From positions 7,068,001 through 7,132,000 of the forward strand of contig NC_043001.1 in the NCBI RefSeq assembly GCF_006345805.1: a stretch of 64,000 bases of DNA. Direction: 5' to 3'. A program made the position numbers and the translations under genes. This DNA is from Octopus sinensis (Eukaryota). The notes beneath the pieces are model-generated. The model saw only the letters and a list, made by a program, of their open reading frames with translations. It was not told the origin of the DNA and did not search any database. Shown one piece after another: positions 13,492 to 26,189 of the stretch (the first letter of the stretch is position 1; each line of letters begins with the position of its first letter).

Positions 13492-14095
13492 ATCATCATC
13501 GTTATCATCATCATCGGCATCATCATCATCGCCACCATCATCACCACCATCTTCTCCTTCTCCTCTTCTTCTTCTCTTCTCTTCTTCTTCTTCTTCTTCT
13601 TCATCATCATCATCGTTATCATCATCATCGTCGTCATAATCATCACCACCATCACCATCATCGTCATCTTCTCCTTCTCCTTCTCCTTCTTCTTCTTCTT
13701 CTTCTTCTTCTTCTTCTCCCCACCCCCTACCCCTTAAGTTTGTCACTAACGTTTTTTAGTATAACACCTACGCTAATTCTATAAACAAGCCTGTCAATAT
13801 AAATATTCTCCTGAATTGAACTGAGACTTGCCAGCCGCCACTGACCATTCAAAATACGACATCAGGGCCACTCCCAGATTCTCCCACCCCCCTTTCCCTC
13901 ACCAGCTTCCCTCTACTACCTTACCAAGACTCACAACTACCTCGACACACAAGTGCAAACAAGGGAGTCAGAAAAGCAGAATGCCACTTAATCTGAACAC
14001 TACTATAGAAATATTCTTTTAAAAAACTTTTCTTCTAATTTTTGTAAATTTAATTATTTAATCGTTACGTTGAAAAGGTCTCAAAATGACCGAAA

Positions 14096-14580
14096 AAGCA
14101 AAGACAGCCTAGATCCATGAAAAGTCTCCATACACAAGCCCGAACCACTCTTCAACACAGAAGCCGACAGTAAAAAATGTGGAAGACCCAATTGCGGGAT
14201 ATGCGACTATCTAATCGAGGGTTCTGAGTTCTCCTTCAAACAGGGACAACGTTTTAACAGTGAAAGCAACTTCACATGTGCTTCGGAGAACCTAATATAC
14301 TCACTAACCTGCTCCGGGTGTCAAGAGCAGTACATAGGCCAAACAAAAATGGTTTGCGTAAACGAATGGCCCTGCACAGATCCCAGATAAAAATCCCCAA
14401 AACAGAAAAATAGCTTTTAGCCAACACATAGATACTTGCGCCAACAAAAAAACACCAAACTTCAGAATTTTTCCCCCTCTACCAATTTAGGGACGATACA
14501 ACCTCGAGACAACGAATAAGTAAAGAAATCTCTTTATTACAAAATACAAGCCACTTTCTTACGGGTCTACGACAAACAAT
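14096..14580 (+). pseudogene. PLE linker plus GIY-YIG endonuclease remnant (frameshifted)
   Basis: Manual translation across frameshifts: RQPRSMKSL..KCGRPNCGICDYLIEGSEFSF..FTCASENLIYSLTCSGCQEQYIGQT(K)NGLRKRMALHRSQI..FSQHIDTCANKKTPNFRIFPLYQF..KENLFITKYKPLL. Confidence 0.9.
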
Positions 14581-15296
14581 TAATATACCTCAACTTTAGA
14601 ATAAAGAAACAAAAAATATATACACATACAAATACTACACTCCATAGAATCCATTACTAATCAGCCCCTTCCGCTATATTTACACCCATTCATATTCTCC
14701 CTTCTCTGTTTCTCTTCTTTCTTCTTCTTCTTCTCTTCTTTCTTCATCATCATCGTTATCATCATCATCGGCATCATCATCATCGCCACCATCATCACCA
14801 CCATCTTCTTCCCTTCTCCTCCTTCTTCTTCTTCTTCTTCTTCTTCTTCTTCATCATCATCGTTATCATCATCATCGTCGTCATAATCATCACCACCATC
14901 ACCATCATCGTCATCTTCTCCTTCTCCTTCTCCTTCTTCTTCTTCTTCTTCTTCTTCTTCTCCCCCCCTACCCCTTAAGTTTGTCACTAACGTTTTTTAG
15001 TATAACACCTACGCTAATTCTATAAACAAGCCTGTCAATATAAATATTCTCCTGCCAGCCGCCACTGACCATTCAAAATACGACCATCAGGGCACTCCCA
15101 GATTCTCCCACCCCCATTTCCTCACCAGCCTTTCCTCTACTACCCTACCAAGAACTCACAACTACCTCGAACACACAAGTGCAAACAAGGGAGTCAGAGA
15201 AAGGCAGAATGCCACTTAAATCTGAACACTACTATAGAAATATTCTTTTAAAATAACTTTTCTTCTAATTTTCTAAATTTAATTATTTAATCGTTA

Positions 15297-15333
15297 CAGT
15301 TGAAAAGGTCTCAAAATGACCGAACCGGTACTG
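15297..15333 (+). ncRNA. Minimal type-I hammerhead-like motif, U3-A8 core variant
   Basis: CAG-TTGAAAA-GGTC-TCAAAAT-GACC-GAA(A)-CCGG-TA-CTG. One A is missing, possibly a homopolymer error. A third copy at 14070-14095 is cut off after GAAA. Confidence 0.6.
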
Positions 15334-15386
15334 AAATGTTCACTATAAAATTATTTTAGCATTTTCTATTTTTTTTTACTTTGTTT

Positions 15387-15430
<44 letters not shown>

Positions 15431-15898
15431 AAATTTATGCATGTACGGAAGCATTTTGTTATACGGCTGTATAGGTATTTAAGAATAATTCAAATGATTA
15501 TGCAACGGTGGATACATACACAAAACCGTAATTTATAGGGAAATAAATTTTAAATAACTTTATTGTATACAATGTGTTTGTAGATATTGCACAAGAATCA
15601 ATCTGAAAGTTTTGGAATTCTATATAGAATCTATCTGAAAACTGTGTAACCATGTAAAACTGAAGAAATGGAGTCCGCTTTGATAGCCGCTGGGTTTATG
15701 AGCTTCAATAAATCGTAGAATCCAATTTGCATAAATAGCACATTGTTTGTAGATAGTTCTATTAATAAATTACTATCGCATTAAGCAGTGTGAGATTTGA
15801 TGATTTAATACTGTTAGAGGAAGTTGAAGATTGTAGGCGTCTCTGCCAGTGTAAATTAAAGTCAACAACTTACATACACACATACATATATACAGACG

Positions 15899-15930
<32 letters not shown>

Positions 15931-16759
15931 CCCACACACATAGACAAATATGTGTGTGTGTGCGTGTGGTCGCAGAAATTTTTTAAAATCTACGTCATAG
16001 GCATGTTTCTAACATTGTTCTCTGTAGACGTCTCGACATAACGCTATCAGCATATTTTCCTTTCGAGTTCAGGAAACCTAGTTAGAAGTTTTGTATAAAT
16101 AAAATTTCTCTATAAATATGAAGACACCGATAATTGAGTTTATTCTATTTTATTTTATGTGAATAGTTAATCAGCGTTGATATATTTGTCTGGGTAAAAA
16201 GCTCACGTTGCAAACTACATTTTGTGTTAAGTTACACGACACGGCAACTTGGATAGGTGACTTCTACTAGAGAACTAGACCAATAAATGCCTTACGTAGA
16301 AAATTAGTAGAAGGTAACTGCTTCATGGAAGACCATCGTGCTCACTGAGACATATGGCTCTCTGCTTCCAACTACATGTTGCCGGTAATCAGTCGCATTG
16401 TATGGTCACTTTATTTCTAATGGAACGTCACACGGAACAAATCCTTGTGAGTAGATCTGTAATTCGGAAACAGAAAGTACCACGCCGCAAATATATCTTT
16501 GTGTGTCTTCGTGTTGCCCACCGCTACTTGACAAGCGGGGCTGTTTTTTTTAATATCCATAACTTAGCGTTTCGACGATAAAGTCCGATTAAATAACTAC
16601 CACGATTCAAAAAAGCAATACTTACACAGAAGATTCATTCCACTACGAAATATCTGCTCCAACATGGCTGCAGTCTGATGACTGAATCAAGTAAAGGATA
16701 AAAGTTTAAAGTATCTATCCATCTCCCCCCTCTCGCTCCATCCATATATGTATATATAC

Positions 16760-16823
<64 letters not shown>

Positions 16824-16835
16824 AATGAAAAAAAA

Positions 16836-17406
16836 AGAAACCAGGACACAGAGGATGTCGCGGTACATGTTTCGAGCTTCATAAACAACTTATACTTACA
16901 TCAATGCATAATCGACATAACAGATAGTTTAAAAGCCCTCCTCAGCCGCATGCAATTGCTACACCAAAGAATTGTATCACATTATGAAGGTTTGAGAAAG
17001 AACATTTGGTATTATTATAATGGTAGGTAAACCGATTATCACTGGGAAAGTATGTTTGTAAATCTTCGATACCGTCCATACCGTTTTCTCACTCAATATA
17101 TATTGAGTGAGAAAACGGTATGGGCGATTTTTTGGAGTCTAATAATACCCTGTACGCCTATTTGATTATGAAGATTTAAAAACATACTTTCCCAGTGATA
17201 CTCGGTTTACCTACCATTATAAATAATACCAAATGTTCTTTCTCAAACCTTTCATAATGTGATTCAAGTCTTTGGTGTAGTAATCGCATGCGGCTGAAGA
17301 GGGTTTTTAAACTATCTGTTATGTCGATTATGCCTTGATGTAAGAATAAGTTGTTTTCTAAAGCTCGAAACATGTGTACCGCGACATCTTTTGAGTCCTG
17401 TTTTAC
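16836..17406. repeat. Spacerless foldback inverted duplication centred at 17099/17100
   Basis: Left arm (CAGGACACAGAGGATGTCGCGGTACA..) mirrors the right arm; the central 48 bp (17076-17123) form a perfect palindrome. Confidence 0.9.
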
Positions 17407-17488
17407 ATTTTATTTTATTTGATACATATATCCTCTCACCTATGCTACTAGCTGGCATATACATTTATCAAGTATTCACCCTGAATTT

Positions 17489-17519
<31 letters not shown>

Positions 17520-17684
17520 AACACGCACCCTTATGTTGGGGCGAGGTCATTTGACCCTGTTATCTCCACTACTATCCCTCTTGCGTCTGATCTCTGACTT
17601 CTGGCTGAAATCAGACCGCCATGTTGAATCGTTAGCACCTGCACGCATTTTTTCTCTCTCCTCTCCGTGTTTCTTTTCTGTGTA

Positions 17685-17722
17685 TCTTTCTGTTGAAGAG
17701 CGTAGGCTCGAAACGTAAAAGA
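17685..17722 (+). ncRNA. Minimal type-I hammerhead-like motif (CUGUUGA core)
   Basis: TCTTT-CTGTTGA-A-GAGC-GTAG-GCTC-GAAA-CG-TA-AAAGA: 5-bp stem I, 4-bp stem II, palindromic ACGT helix III, predicted GUA cleavage site. Confidence 0.7.
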
Positions 17723-17996
17723 CTTGTTCTATTTCTATTCCTGAGCGCCATACTATACATTTGTTGTTTGTACTCCACCTGCCTTCGCCTTTTGTTTATT
17801 TTCGTAAAGCTTCACGTTATATATATATATATATAACACGCCACCCTTATGTTGGGCGAGGTAATTTGACCCTGTTATCTCCACTACTATCCCTCTTGCG
17901 TGTGATCTCTGACTTCTGGCTGAAATCAGACCGCCATGTTGAATCGTTAGCACCTGCACGCATTTTTTCTCTCTCTCCGTGTTTCTTTTCTGTGTA

Positions 17997-18034
17997 TCTT
18001 TCTGTTGAAGAGCGTAGGCTCGAAACGTAAAAGA
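17997..18034 (+). ncRNA. Second, identical hammerhead-like motif of the dimer
   Basis: Same sequence 312 nt downstream. Confidence 0.7.
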
Positions 18035-18940
18035 CTTGTTCTATTTCTATTCCTGAGCGCCATACTAATACATTTGTTTGTTTGTACTCCACCTGCCTTC
18101 GCCTTTTGTTTATTTTCGTAAAGCTTCACGTTATATATATATATATATATATATTTGTCTGTCCGTATGTCTGCCTGTCTATCTGTCTATCTATCCATCT
18201 ACCAGTCATTCACAATATTTTGTCATGAAGAATCCTTCTCGAGGAAGACCTGTAGATGCCAACATTTTAGCTCAGTTCGAAAAGGCTGCTTTGCAAGCTC
18301 CTGCACGCATATGTTACCGAGTAGTTATCTCTCCTGTAATATCGACATTAGAAGTAGGATAGACGACAGACTGACTTGAAATAGATTTCTTTTATTACAT
18401 CCCAATCAATGTGCACTATCTGGTGGCGCTGATTGAGTGCGTTCAGATCCTTTTGTCTGCAGCGAGAAATTTTCTCTACGACAAAATATAGTGAAATGAG
18501 TTTCTTGCGAATTCAAATTCTATCAATATCATTTCAACTGGTAACCTATGTATATATGAAAACAGATAGAACATGCTTTCTATGTTATGTCCCAAGGAGG
18601 TTTTTCTACCTCATCATACCTTCTATCATATATTTTTTATATATTTCTATATATTTTTTATGTATTTTTATATAATTTTTTTATGGCGAAAAATGCGAGT
18701 GAAGATGTGAACGTTTACATAGCGATGTATAAGTACGCAGGCAAGCAGAGTTATAACACAGTAATTTCCCTTTGTATAACGGTATTTTTTCATAGCGTTT
18801 TCAAATAGCCAGATAACCGAAGAGATGACGTTGTGGATTCTCGCTTCGGCATCTGAAACTCAGAGTTTTATCTTGACTATCGAGTAATGTAACATATTAT
18901 TTTATATATATATTCATATATATATATATATATATATATT

Positions 18941-19162
18941 ACTCTTTTTAGTATTTTACTCTTTTACTCGTTTCAGTCATTTGACTGCGACCATGCTGGA
19001 ACACCGCCTTTAGTCGAGCAACTCGACCCCGGGACTTATTCTTTTTGTAAGCCCAGTACTTATTCTATCGGTCTCTTTTTGACGAACCGCTAAGTGACGG
19101 GGACGTAAGCACACCAGCATAGATTGTCAACCAATGCTAGGGGAACAAACACAGACACACAT

Positions 19163-19197
<35 letters not shown>

Positions 19198-19314
19198 CGA
19201 CAGGCTTCTTTCAGTTTCCGTCTACCAAATCCACTCACAAGGCATTGGTCGACCCGGGGCTATAGCAGAAGACACTTGCCTTAGATGCCACGCAGTGGGA
19301 CTGAACCCGGAACC
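18941..19314 (-). mobile_element. CORE-like SINE, 5'-truncated
   Basis: Complete tail and microsatellite; the head ends at CTGAACCCGGAACC. Confidence 0.85.
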
Positions 19315-19545
19315 TCAAACCGGGCGATGTGTGTGTTTATGAGCGAAACACCTAAGCTCCACGCGGCCCCGGCAGAAGTTAATGGCGAACTTCTGCTAAG
19401 TCTTTTGCCACAACTTTTTCTCTCTTTCCTCTTGCATATTGCAGCTCACCTGCGACGGACTGGCGTCCCGTCCAGGTGGGAAACCTCTAAGCTAAGGAAA
19501 CCGGAAAACCTGATGAGCCAAGCATAGCTCAAGGAGGAATAAACA
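19315..19545 (+). mobile_element. 5'-truncated V-domain-like SINE abutting the previous element back-to-back
   Basis: ACCGGGCGATGTGTGTGTTTATGAGCGAAACACCTAAGCTCCAC..GCGACGGACTGGCGTCCCGTCCAGG. Confidence 0.7.
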
Positions 19546-20944
19546 TATCAACTGCCTTCCCCTGTCCGTCTTTTTAGCATATTGATTCGAACACGAGTCT
19601 AAATCTCATTAAATATCTGTCGAAATGCAATTGCTCTTTGTTACAACTGTGGACAAGAACGACGGTAAATATCAAATTTTTTGGTGTGTGGAATAGGATG
19701 ATAGAATGTGTAACTCATATGTGGAATAATAAATGATGTATGTATTAACAGATAGTGGTACTTAACATCTAACATCGAGGTGTTCCAGAGATGTCACTGG
19801 TGTTCTCTTTTATTCTTTTTTGAGATCTTACCTGATTTCTGAGACTGATGTTTGTATAATGATGTTTGTATACTAAAAGCCATTTCTAATGGTTACAACA
19901 GAGAGGATATATCTAAAAGCGTCCAAGATGCTTTCTGGTGGTTTTAAACGGTGTGACCTGTTAAGTTTACTGGCCAAGCAAGCCATATTTGGAGTTGGAC
20001 TTAGAATGCTGCATATCAGAAGACATAACGTGAAGTATTCTGTCCGACTCTTTAACGGGTGTGACAATGTCACATCTTCACTATAAGTATGCCGGAGGAG
20101 AGAGAGAAAGAGCCTACGCTCCAATTATTCCCCAATCACCAATCTTAATTGCTACCATTTAAGCGAATTGTCTATGTTCATGATGTCGGATATCATGTGT
20201 ATTTAATAACATCTCTGTTCCAGAAGTGGAATCTTTACTCCATCGTGAGATATTTTTCTCAATTATGTTAGAAAATTAGCATTTGCTGTCGATTAGTTTA
20301 GATGAGCAAGGGTTATGTTTGAGCAATGAACTTTGTTATAGGGAGGATGCATATACATCAAACAAGCAACTTAGATAAGGTGGGACCCTATATTTTAAGT
20401 ATTTTCTTACCACATTTCCTTTGAAATTTAAAGATTTTCTTTTATTTAGTTGTGAAAATAATGAAAAATTCATGGAAATACTTTGTAATTATGAAGCGAA
20501 TGTTTTAAAAATATATTATCCAGATATTTTTATGGAACGTTTTAATTTAAGAAATCTGAATCACAGAACGAATGGTGGGTTTTTATTACAAGGATTAAGT
20601 ATTTACATGCAACAGAGATGCATGTGGTCATGTGAACTTCATATTTGCAATATTATTTTCAAATTTTGGCACAAAACCAGCAATATCGGTAGATTTCGGT
20701 AAATCAGTTACATCGACCTGTACTTGTTTTATCAGCTACGAATAGATGACAGGCAAAAATCAACCGCAGTGGAATTTCAACTCAAAACGTGAAAGAGACG
20801 AGGAAGGATATGCCTCTCAAACCCTCTTTAATGGGGCCAAAGAGATGATAGTTTTAAGGCACTAAATTATTCCAGTGACAAGGAAATTAAAACTGCAATA
20901 AAAAAGTTGTTCAAAGGCAAACAAGGATAGACAAAGGGATTGAG

Positions 20945-21108
20945 ATGATTACATCGATCCCAGTGCGTAACTGGTACTTAATTTATCAAACCCGAAAGGA
21001 TGAAAGGCAAAGTCGATCTCGGCGGAATTTGAAATCAGAACGTAACGGAAGACGAAATACGTCTGAGCATTTCGCCCGGCGTGCTAATGTTTCTGCCAGC
21101 TCCTCGCC
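20945..21108 (-). mobile_element. Nin/Deu-like tRNA SINE (older fragments at about 20700-20800 and 21350-21450)
   Basis: Reverse complement GGCGAGGAGCTGGCAGAAACATTAGCACGCCGGGCGAAATGC..CCGCCGAGATCGACTTTGCCTTTCATCCTTTCGGG.TTGATAAATTAAGTACCAG. Confidence 0.85.
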
Positions 21109-21827
21109 GCTGACATTAATAATGAACATGTGATTAATTCAAGTAATAGAGAGAAAAATGTGTGGAAACACTCACTGCGTTTGAAATCGTTAGTAACTCG
21201 GTACCAACATATGGATCATCTACGTAAGAGTCGGAAAGGAAATATTTGCACACTTCGTTGTAGACATAAATAAAATCTTCAAGACATTTTCAACGTAATG
21301 TTTGTATTTGTAGTTGTAATATTCATTAAAATATTACTCTACGTGGCTGATTTTGCCTTACATCCTTTCGGGGCTGATAAAATAAGTACGATTTCAGCAA
21401 TGGGGTCGGTGTAATCGACTTACCCGAAATGTCTGGCCCTGTGTCAAGAATTTGGGATAGATATTAATATCAATAAAAAATTCCTAATATACACCAGGTA
21501 AGAAATGAATATTTGCAACAGTGAACAGTATGCTGTATACATGACCAGAAAAGTGCAAAATAAAAGCGAATTGTCTCCATATATAATACGATGCCATAAG
21601 AGACATAGATGCGCGAAACAACTACACACTCATAGATACCCACAGGGACGGACATATGTATTTATGTGTATAGTTATGTATATGTATGAATATATGTGTC
21701 TAACAAAATTTGCAGATGTTATCAGTAGATATAGTGTTTACAAGCACACACACACCCACAAACAAATCTACATACTTGTATCTTACTTACTCATTCTCTC
21801 TCTCTCTCTCCATATACATACACACAT

Positions 21828-21871
<44 letters not shown>

Positions 21872-21893
21872 CATATATATGTATATATATATG

Positions 21894-22001
<108 letters not shown>

Positions 22002-23124
22002 AATGTATATGTATATATGTGTGTGTGCGTATGTGTGAGTGCGTGTGTAAATGTGCACGAGTGTGCGCATATACACATATACTTTCATACATACATAATA
22101 CATACACACATGCACCCCCATATATATATATATATACACACAAACTGATGCATAAATACGTGTAATATATACAATATTTCTATGTACGTGCCTGTCTGTA
22201 TGTTCAGTTTTTATGCAACTTATATTTAATTCTTATTTGAAATCATTTTCGTATAAAACTGTTTTGCTTTTGAATAATTTTACTTACACAGTTGATAATA
22301 ATTTTCTTTTCTAATATTGATTTTGTATTTTTGAAAAGTCAAAATTAGAAATACCACATCAATTATTAATGGGAAAAAAACAAGATTAAATATAAACATA
22401 ATCATAAGGTTTGATTTCACCAATTCAGTGTAAAGTTTTCCAATTTATGAAATGCATAACAGTTTATTAGTGATATTTTTAGATCTCTCCACCGCAGTAT
22501 GGCATATGGTTAGAAAGTCAAAATTAGATCCGTTGATATTATTGACCGTTTTTGTGTGTTTTTATCTTTAACTTAGCTGGGATTTTTCTTTTTTTTCTGT
22601 TTACTCTGCTCTTAGATGCATTAAACCAGTTTATAAATATAATGACTTCTTTCAAGTATAGTAAAACGAATATTTACCATTTAAAAGTTCCAGTGCAATG
22701 GCCATTTTTTTTTTTACTTAGAGTATTATATGTTCGATATCAGGTATAATAAGCTCACCAAAACTCTCTATTTTTTATCGTATGATGGGGCAGAAATAAT
22801 CAATTTTCTGCAACATAATGCAAACTTAAACCATTTGCTACAATGTTGCATTGAAAATATTCAAAGTTAAATACGTTCATTTTTATCTGCAACTTTGAAT
22901 ATTTATAAATCGTCCGTAAAGTTGTGTATGGCTTGCGTTTGAATTTCTGCAAAGTTTATTTAGTGTGATATGACAATACATGATATGTAATATACATGAT
23001 CGAAAATTTACATATTGGAATATGACACCAGATGTTGGGGTACAGATTTACCGATTTTCCAAAACCAAAGAAAGCTCCCGGTTTTTGCTGTATGTAGTAA
23101 ATGATTTTCATGTTATAAAGAAAT

Positions 23125-23265
23125 GGCATTCCGTCGGTTACGATGTCCAGGGATCAAATTAGTGCGATCAACGGAATAGCCGGCTCGTAAACTTAACGTA
23201 CAAGCAGCTGAGCACTCTACAGGACTGCTTACTCTTAACTTAGTTCTTAGGGAGAATCCGTGTGA
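23125..23265 (-). mobile_element. 3' fragment of the SINE family at 7359
   Basis: Reverse complement matches GAGTGCTCAGC..CGTTAA.TT.ACGAGC.GGCT.TTCCGTTGATC..CGTAACCGACGGA.TGC. Confidence 0.65.
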
Positions 23266-24462
23266 CACTGGTTGTCACAAAGCTTGCCACTCAACTCTAT
23301 TTGCCAGCTGAATCGAATATCATGTTTATAGTAAAAAACACACGGATTTCGAGCCAATACTTTTCCATTCAGAAACAAATTCAAAGCTAAGCCAGTGCTT
23401 ACAGGTTAAATGCAGTCTTCAGAGAGCAGTTTTTCGGATGAAGAATTCTAAGAAGCGCGGATCCTTTGGGATTATTATTTATTAATTGGTACAGGTACAC
23501 CATTTCCTTTCAAGACAGTAGAATGTTTTCTGAGGGTTAGCAACGATGTAGAGCCAAGCTTGTTGTTTCATTCTAGTTAAGTTGAATCTTTTCCGAATGT
23601 GAAAATGTTTTGGAAATATTTTGTCTGAAACTGTGTATGAAAATATATCTGATATATTGTCAATACAGACACAACCCACGATTATAACTACCTTTACAGA
23701 AATTTTGCATCGTGTCCATTGATACTATTTTAAATTTCGCATATTACATATACTTGTAAGAAGTGTTTTCTGCCTTTCACTTTTGAAACTTTCTGTACGA
23801 GACCGTCATCTGCGCCTTTTCAACTAAGAATGCTTTCGTAAACAAAATCATCTTCCAATTTTGATATGATAATTTCGTGTCTTTCTACAAGACAAGCACG
23901 CAAACTTTATTCATACTGTCGGAATAATTTTGTGTAACTTCGTCCACATACATTAAAAATATGAACATCAAAGGAATCGAGGCCATTAGATTTTGAATGG
24001 CTGTAAATTCCATGGCACTAATCTAATGACTAATGGAGATATATATTTAAAGAAATCTTGGAAATTGAAGAATTTAAAATGAAAAGACTTATGACAAGTA
24101 TATCAATTCCAATCAGATTTTTTTAGACATTTATTATTCAAAATATCATAAGAGCCATTAGTTAAATCAATTTCTTCAATAGAATGAGCGAATAAATAAA
24201 ATCTTAATTTTTCCCTATTGTGTTGCTTGGAGTAAAGTATGTCGTAGCAAGCAACAGAAAATCTAGGCAATAGCGTCGGTTGGAATATAGAGCACTGAAT
24301 TTGTACATCTAAATATATATACATATATATATATACGTCAGATAGTGGTGCAAAAATGCACCAATATTTACTGGAAATGCAGTTAATAATAACTGATGCT
24401 ATAGTCAAGTTTCACTGTACATATGTGTGTGTATATATATATATATATATTATATATATATA

Positions 24463-24517
<55 letters not shown>

Positions 24518-24920
24518 TAGTGTACATTTAAAACAAAAAGAAATTACCAATAACAGGCAAGTTCTACACTCTAGGATAGGAGACAGTCAATAGGTCTGAA
24601 GACTACAGAAAAATTTAAGCAATTTCAAAGGGAATGAAAAATAAAGCTATTACTTCGTTTTAACAGTTATACTTATAGGTTTCGGATTTTTTTAGTAAAT
24701 AAAATAAAATAATTCAATTTACCAAGCAAATCCTCTTCAGTAACCGAGCCGTCCAAGACTATCGAATAATTATGAAACCGATTGTACGTGTCCCATCTCT
24801 ATGTGTTATAATGTTTTTTTTTTCAAAATCCACTACGCAAGCGTAGATTCAGTCGGAAGAGAATGATCAGCACACAGATGTATTAGTTTAACGCACAGGA
24901 AGTGTATATGTATATACATA

Positions 24921-25029
<109 letters not shown>

Positions 25030-25104
25030 AATATATATATATGTGTGTGTGTGCGTATGTGTGTGTGTGTATATTTATATGCATACATATATATGTATGC
25101 ATAT

Positions 25105-25503
25105 GGAGTGGCTGTGTGGTAAGTAGCTTGCTAACCAACCACATGGTTCCGGGTTCAGTCCCACTGCGTGGCATCTTGGGCGAGTGTCTTCTGCTATAGC
25201 CCCGGGCCGACCAATGCCTTGTGAGTGGATTTGGTAGAACTGAAAGAAGCCTGTCGTATATATGTATATATATATGTGTGTGTGTTTGTATGTCTGTGTT
25301 TGTCCCCCTAGCATTGCTTGACAACCGATGCTGGTGTGTTTACGTCCCCGTTACTTAGCGGTTCGGCAAAAAAGAGATCGATAGAATAAGTACTGGGCTT
25401 ACAAAGAATAAGTCCCGGGGTCGTTTTGCTCGACTAAAGGCGGTGCTCCAGCATGGCCGCAGTCAAATGGCTGAAACAAGTAAAAGAGTAAAAAAGAGTA
25501 AGA
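25105..25503 (+). mobile_element. Full-length CORE-like tRNA SINE
   Basis: Same head, microsatellite and tail layout as 2877-3289. Confidence 0.9.
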
Positions 25504-26189
25504 GTATATATATATATGTATTTGTATATGTATATGTACATGTATATGAGTGTGTGTGTGTGTAATGTTTTCTTTTATGCATGTCATCCATGCGACAGCT
25601 GTCATGTTGGAGTACCACTGATTGTTTTCGTTTGAACTCCAGAATATTACATTTTCAAGTCATCATATTGTGTACGTTTCTCTCTATTTTTTTGCAGATA
25701 TTTGAAGAGCTGTGAGTCATTAGAATGTAAGATATTACAGGATCTGGTCCTGACTTCAGTTGGGGTACACAGTGACGTTTGTACCACACAAAGACAACCA
25801 GTTTAGCGAAATGATACTGCCATTAAACCGGAATGTGTTTGTAATTTCCTTTAATACTTTCAGCCAGGAATATTGCTTACAAATTATTACATAACTAGAA
25901 AAAATCATATATTAAAAAGCTGTTACTGATATAAAACTGAATTTAAGTCATTGAAATAGTTATAAATATTAAATGAAGGAGAGGATGTGCAAAAGTAACG
26001 TTTCCCAAGGTGAACATACTTCTGAAAATTTAGAGGAAATCGGCCGAAATCCTAAAACACAAAACATCTGCTCTACGAGATATTCTGAGGTACTGAGGTC
26101 ATTTCAGTAACTAAATTTCAGAAGTGGGACAGAAATATTTCTCGTTTCATGGTGTACTGTAGTATTGAGAAATAAATCAGAAAAAAAAA

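Larger units (their letters stand above)
12003..15395 (+). mobile_element. Penelope-like element (Neptune-like): inverted 3' copy (12003-13035, -), partial tandem copy (13036-14095, +) and longer copy (14096-15395, +)
   Basis: GIY-YIG remnant, three copies of the same 3' region containing (GAA)n/(GAT)n, about 1-kb terminal inverted arms, and a hammerhead-like motif at each 3' end. Confidence 0.85.
17521..18152 (+). mobile_element. Tandem dimer of a 312-nt hammerhead-bearing unit (PLE pseudo-LTR or retrozyme-like)
   Basis: Two near-identical units joined by (TA)n, each with one hammerhead-like motif. Confidence 0.75.

Noticed and set aside
19505-19535. CTGATGAG followed by GC-rich bases; similar lone CTGATGA at 41740 and 58850
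   Set aside because: No stem II plus GAAA and no stem I; these belong to a SINE tail, unique sequence and the LINE RT respectively.
20224-20244. 21-nt microexon-like segment (TTCCAG..GTGAGA); similar patterns at about 704, 11040, 29160 and 29440
   Set aside because: Such splice-like pairs recur frequently here and none gave a recognisable peptide; consistent with chance.
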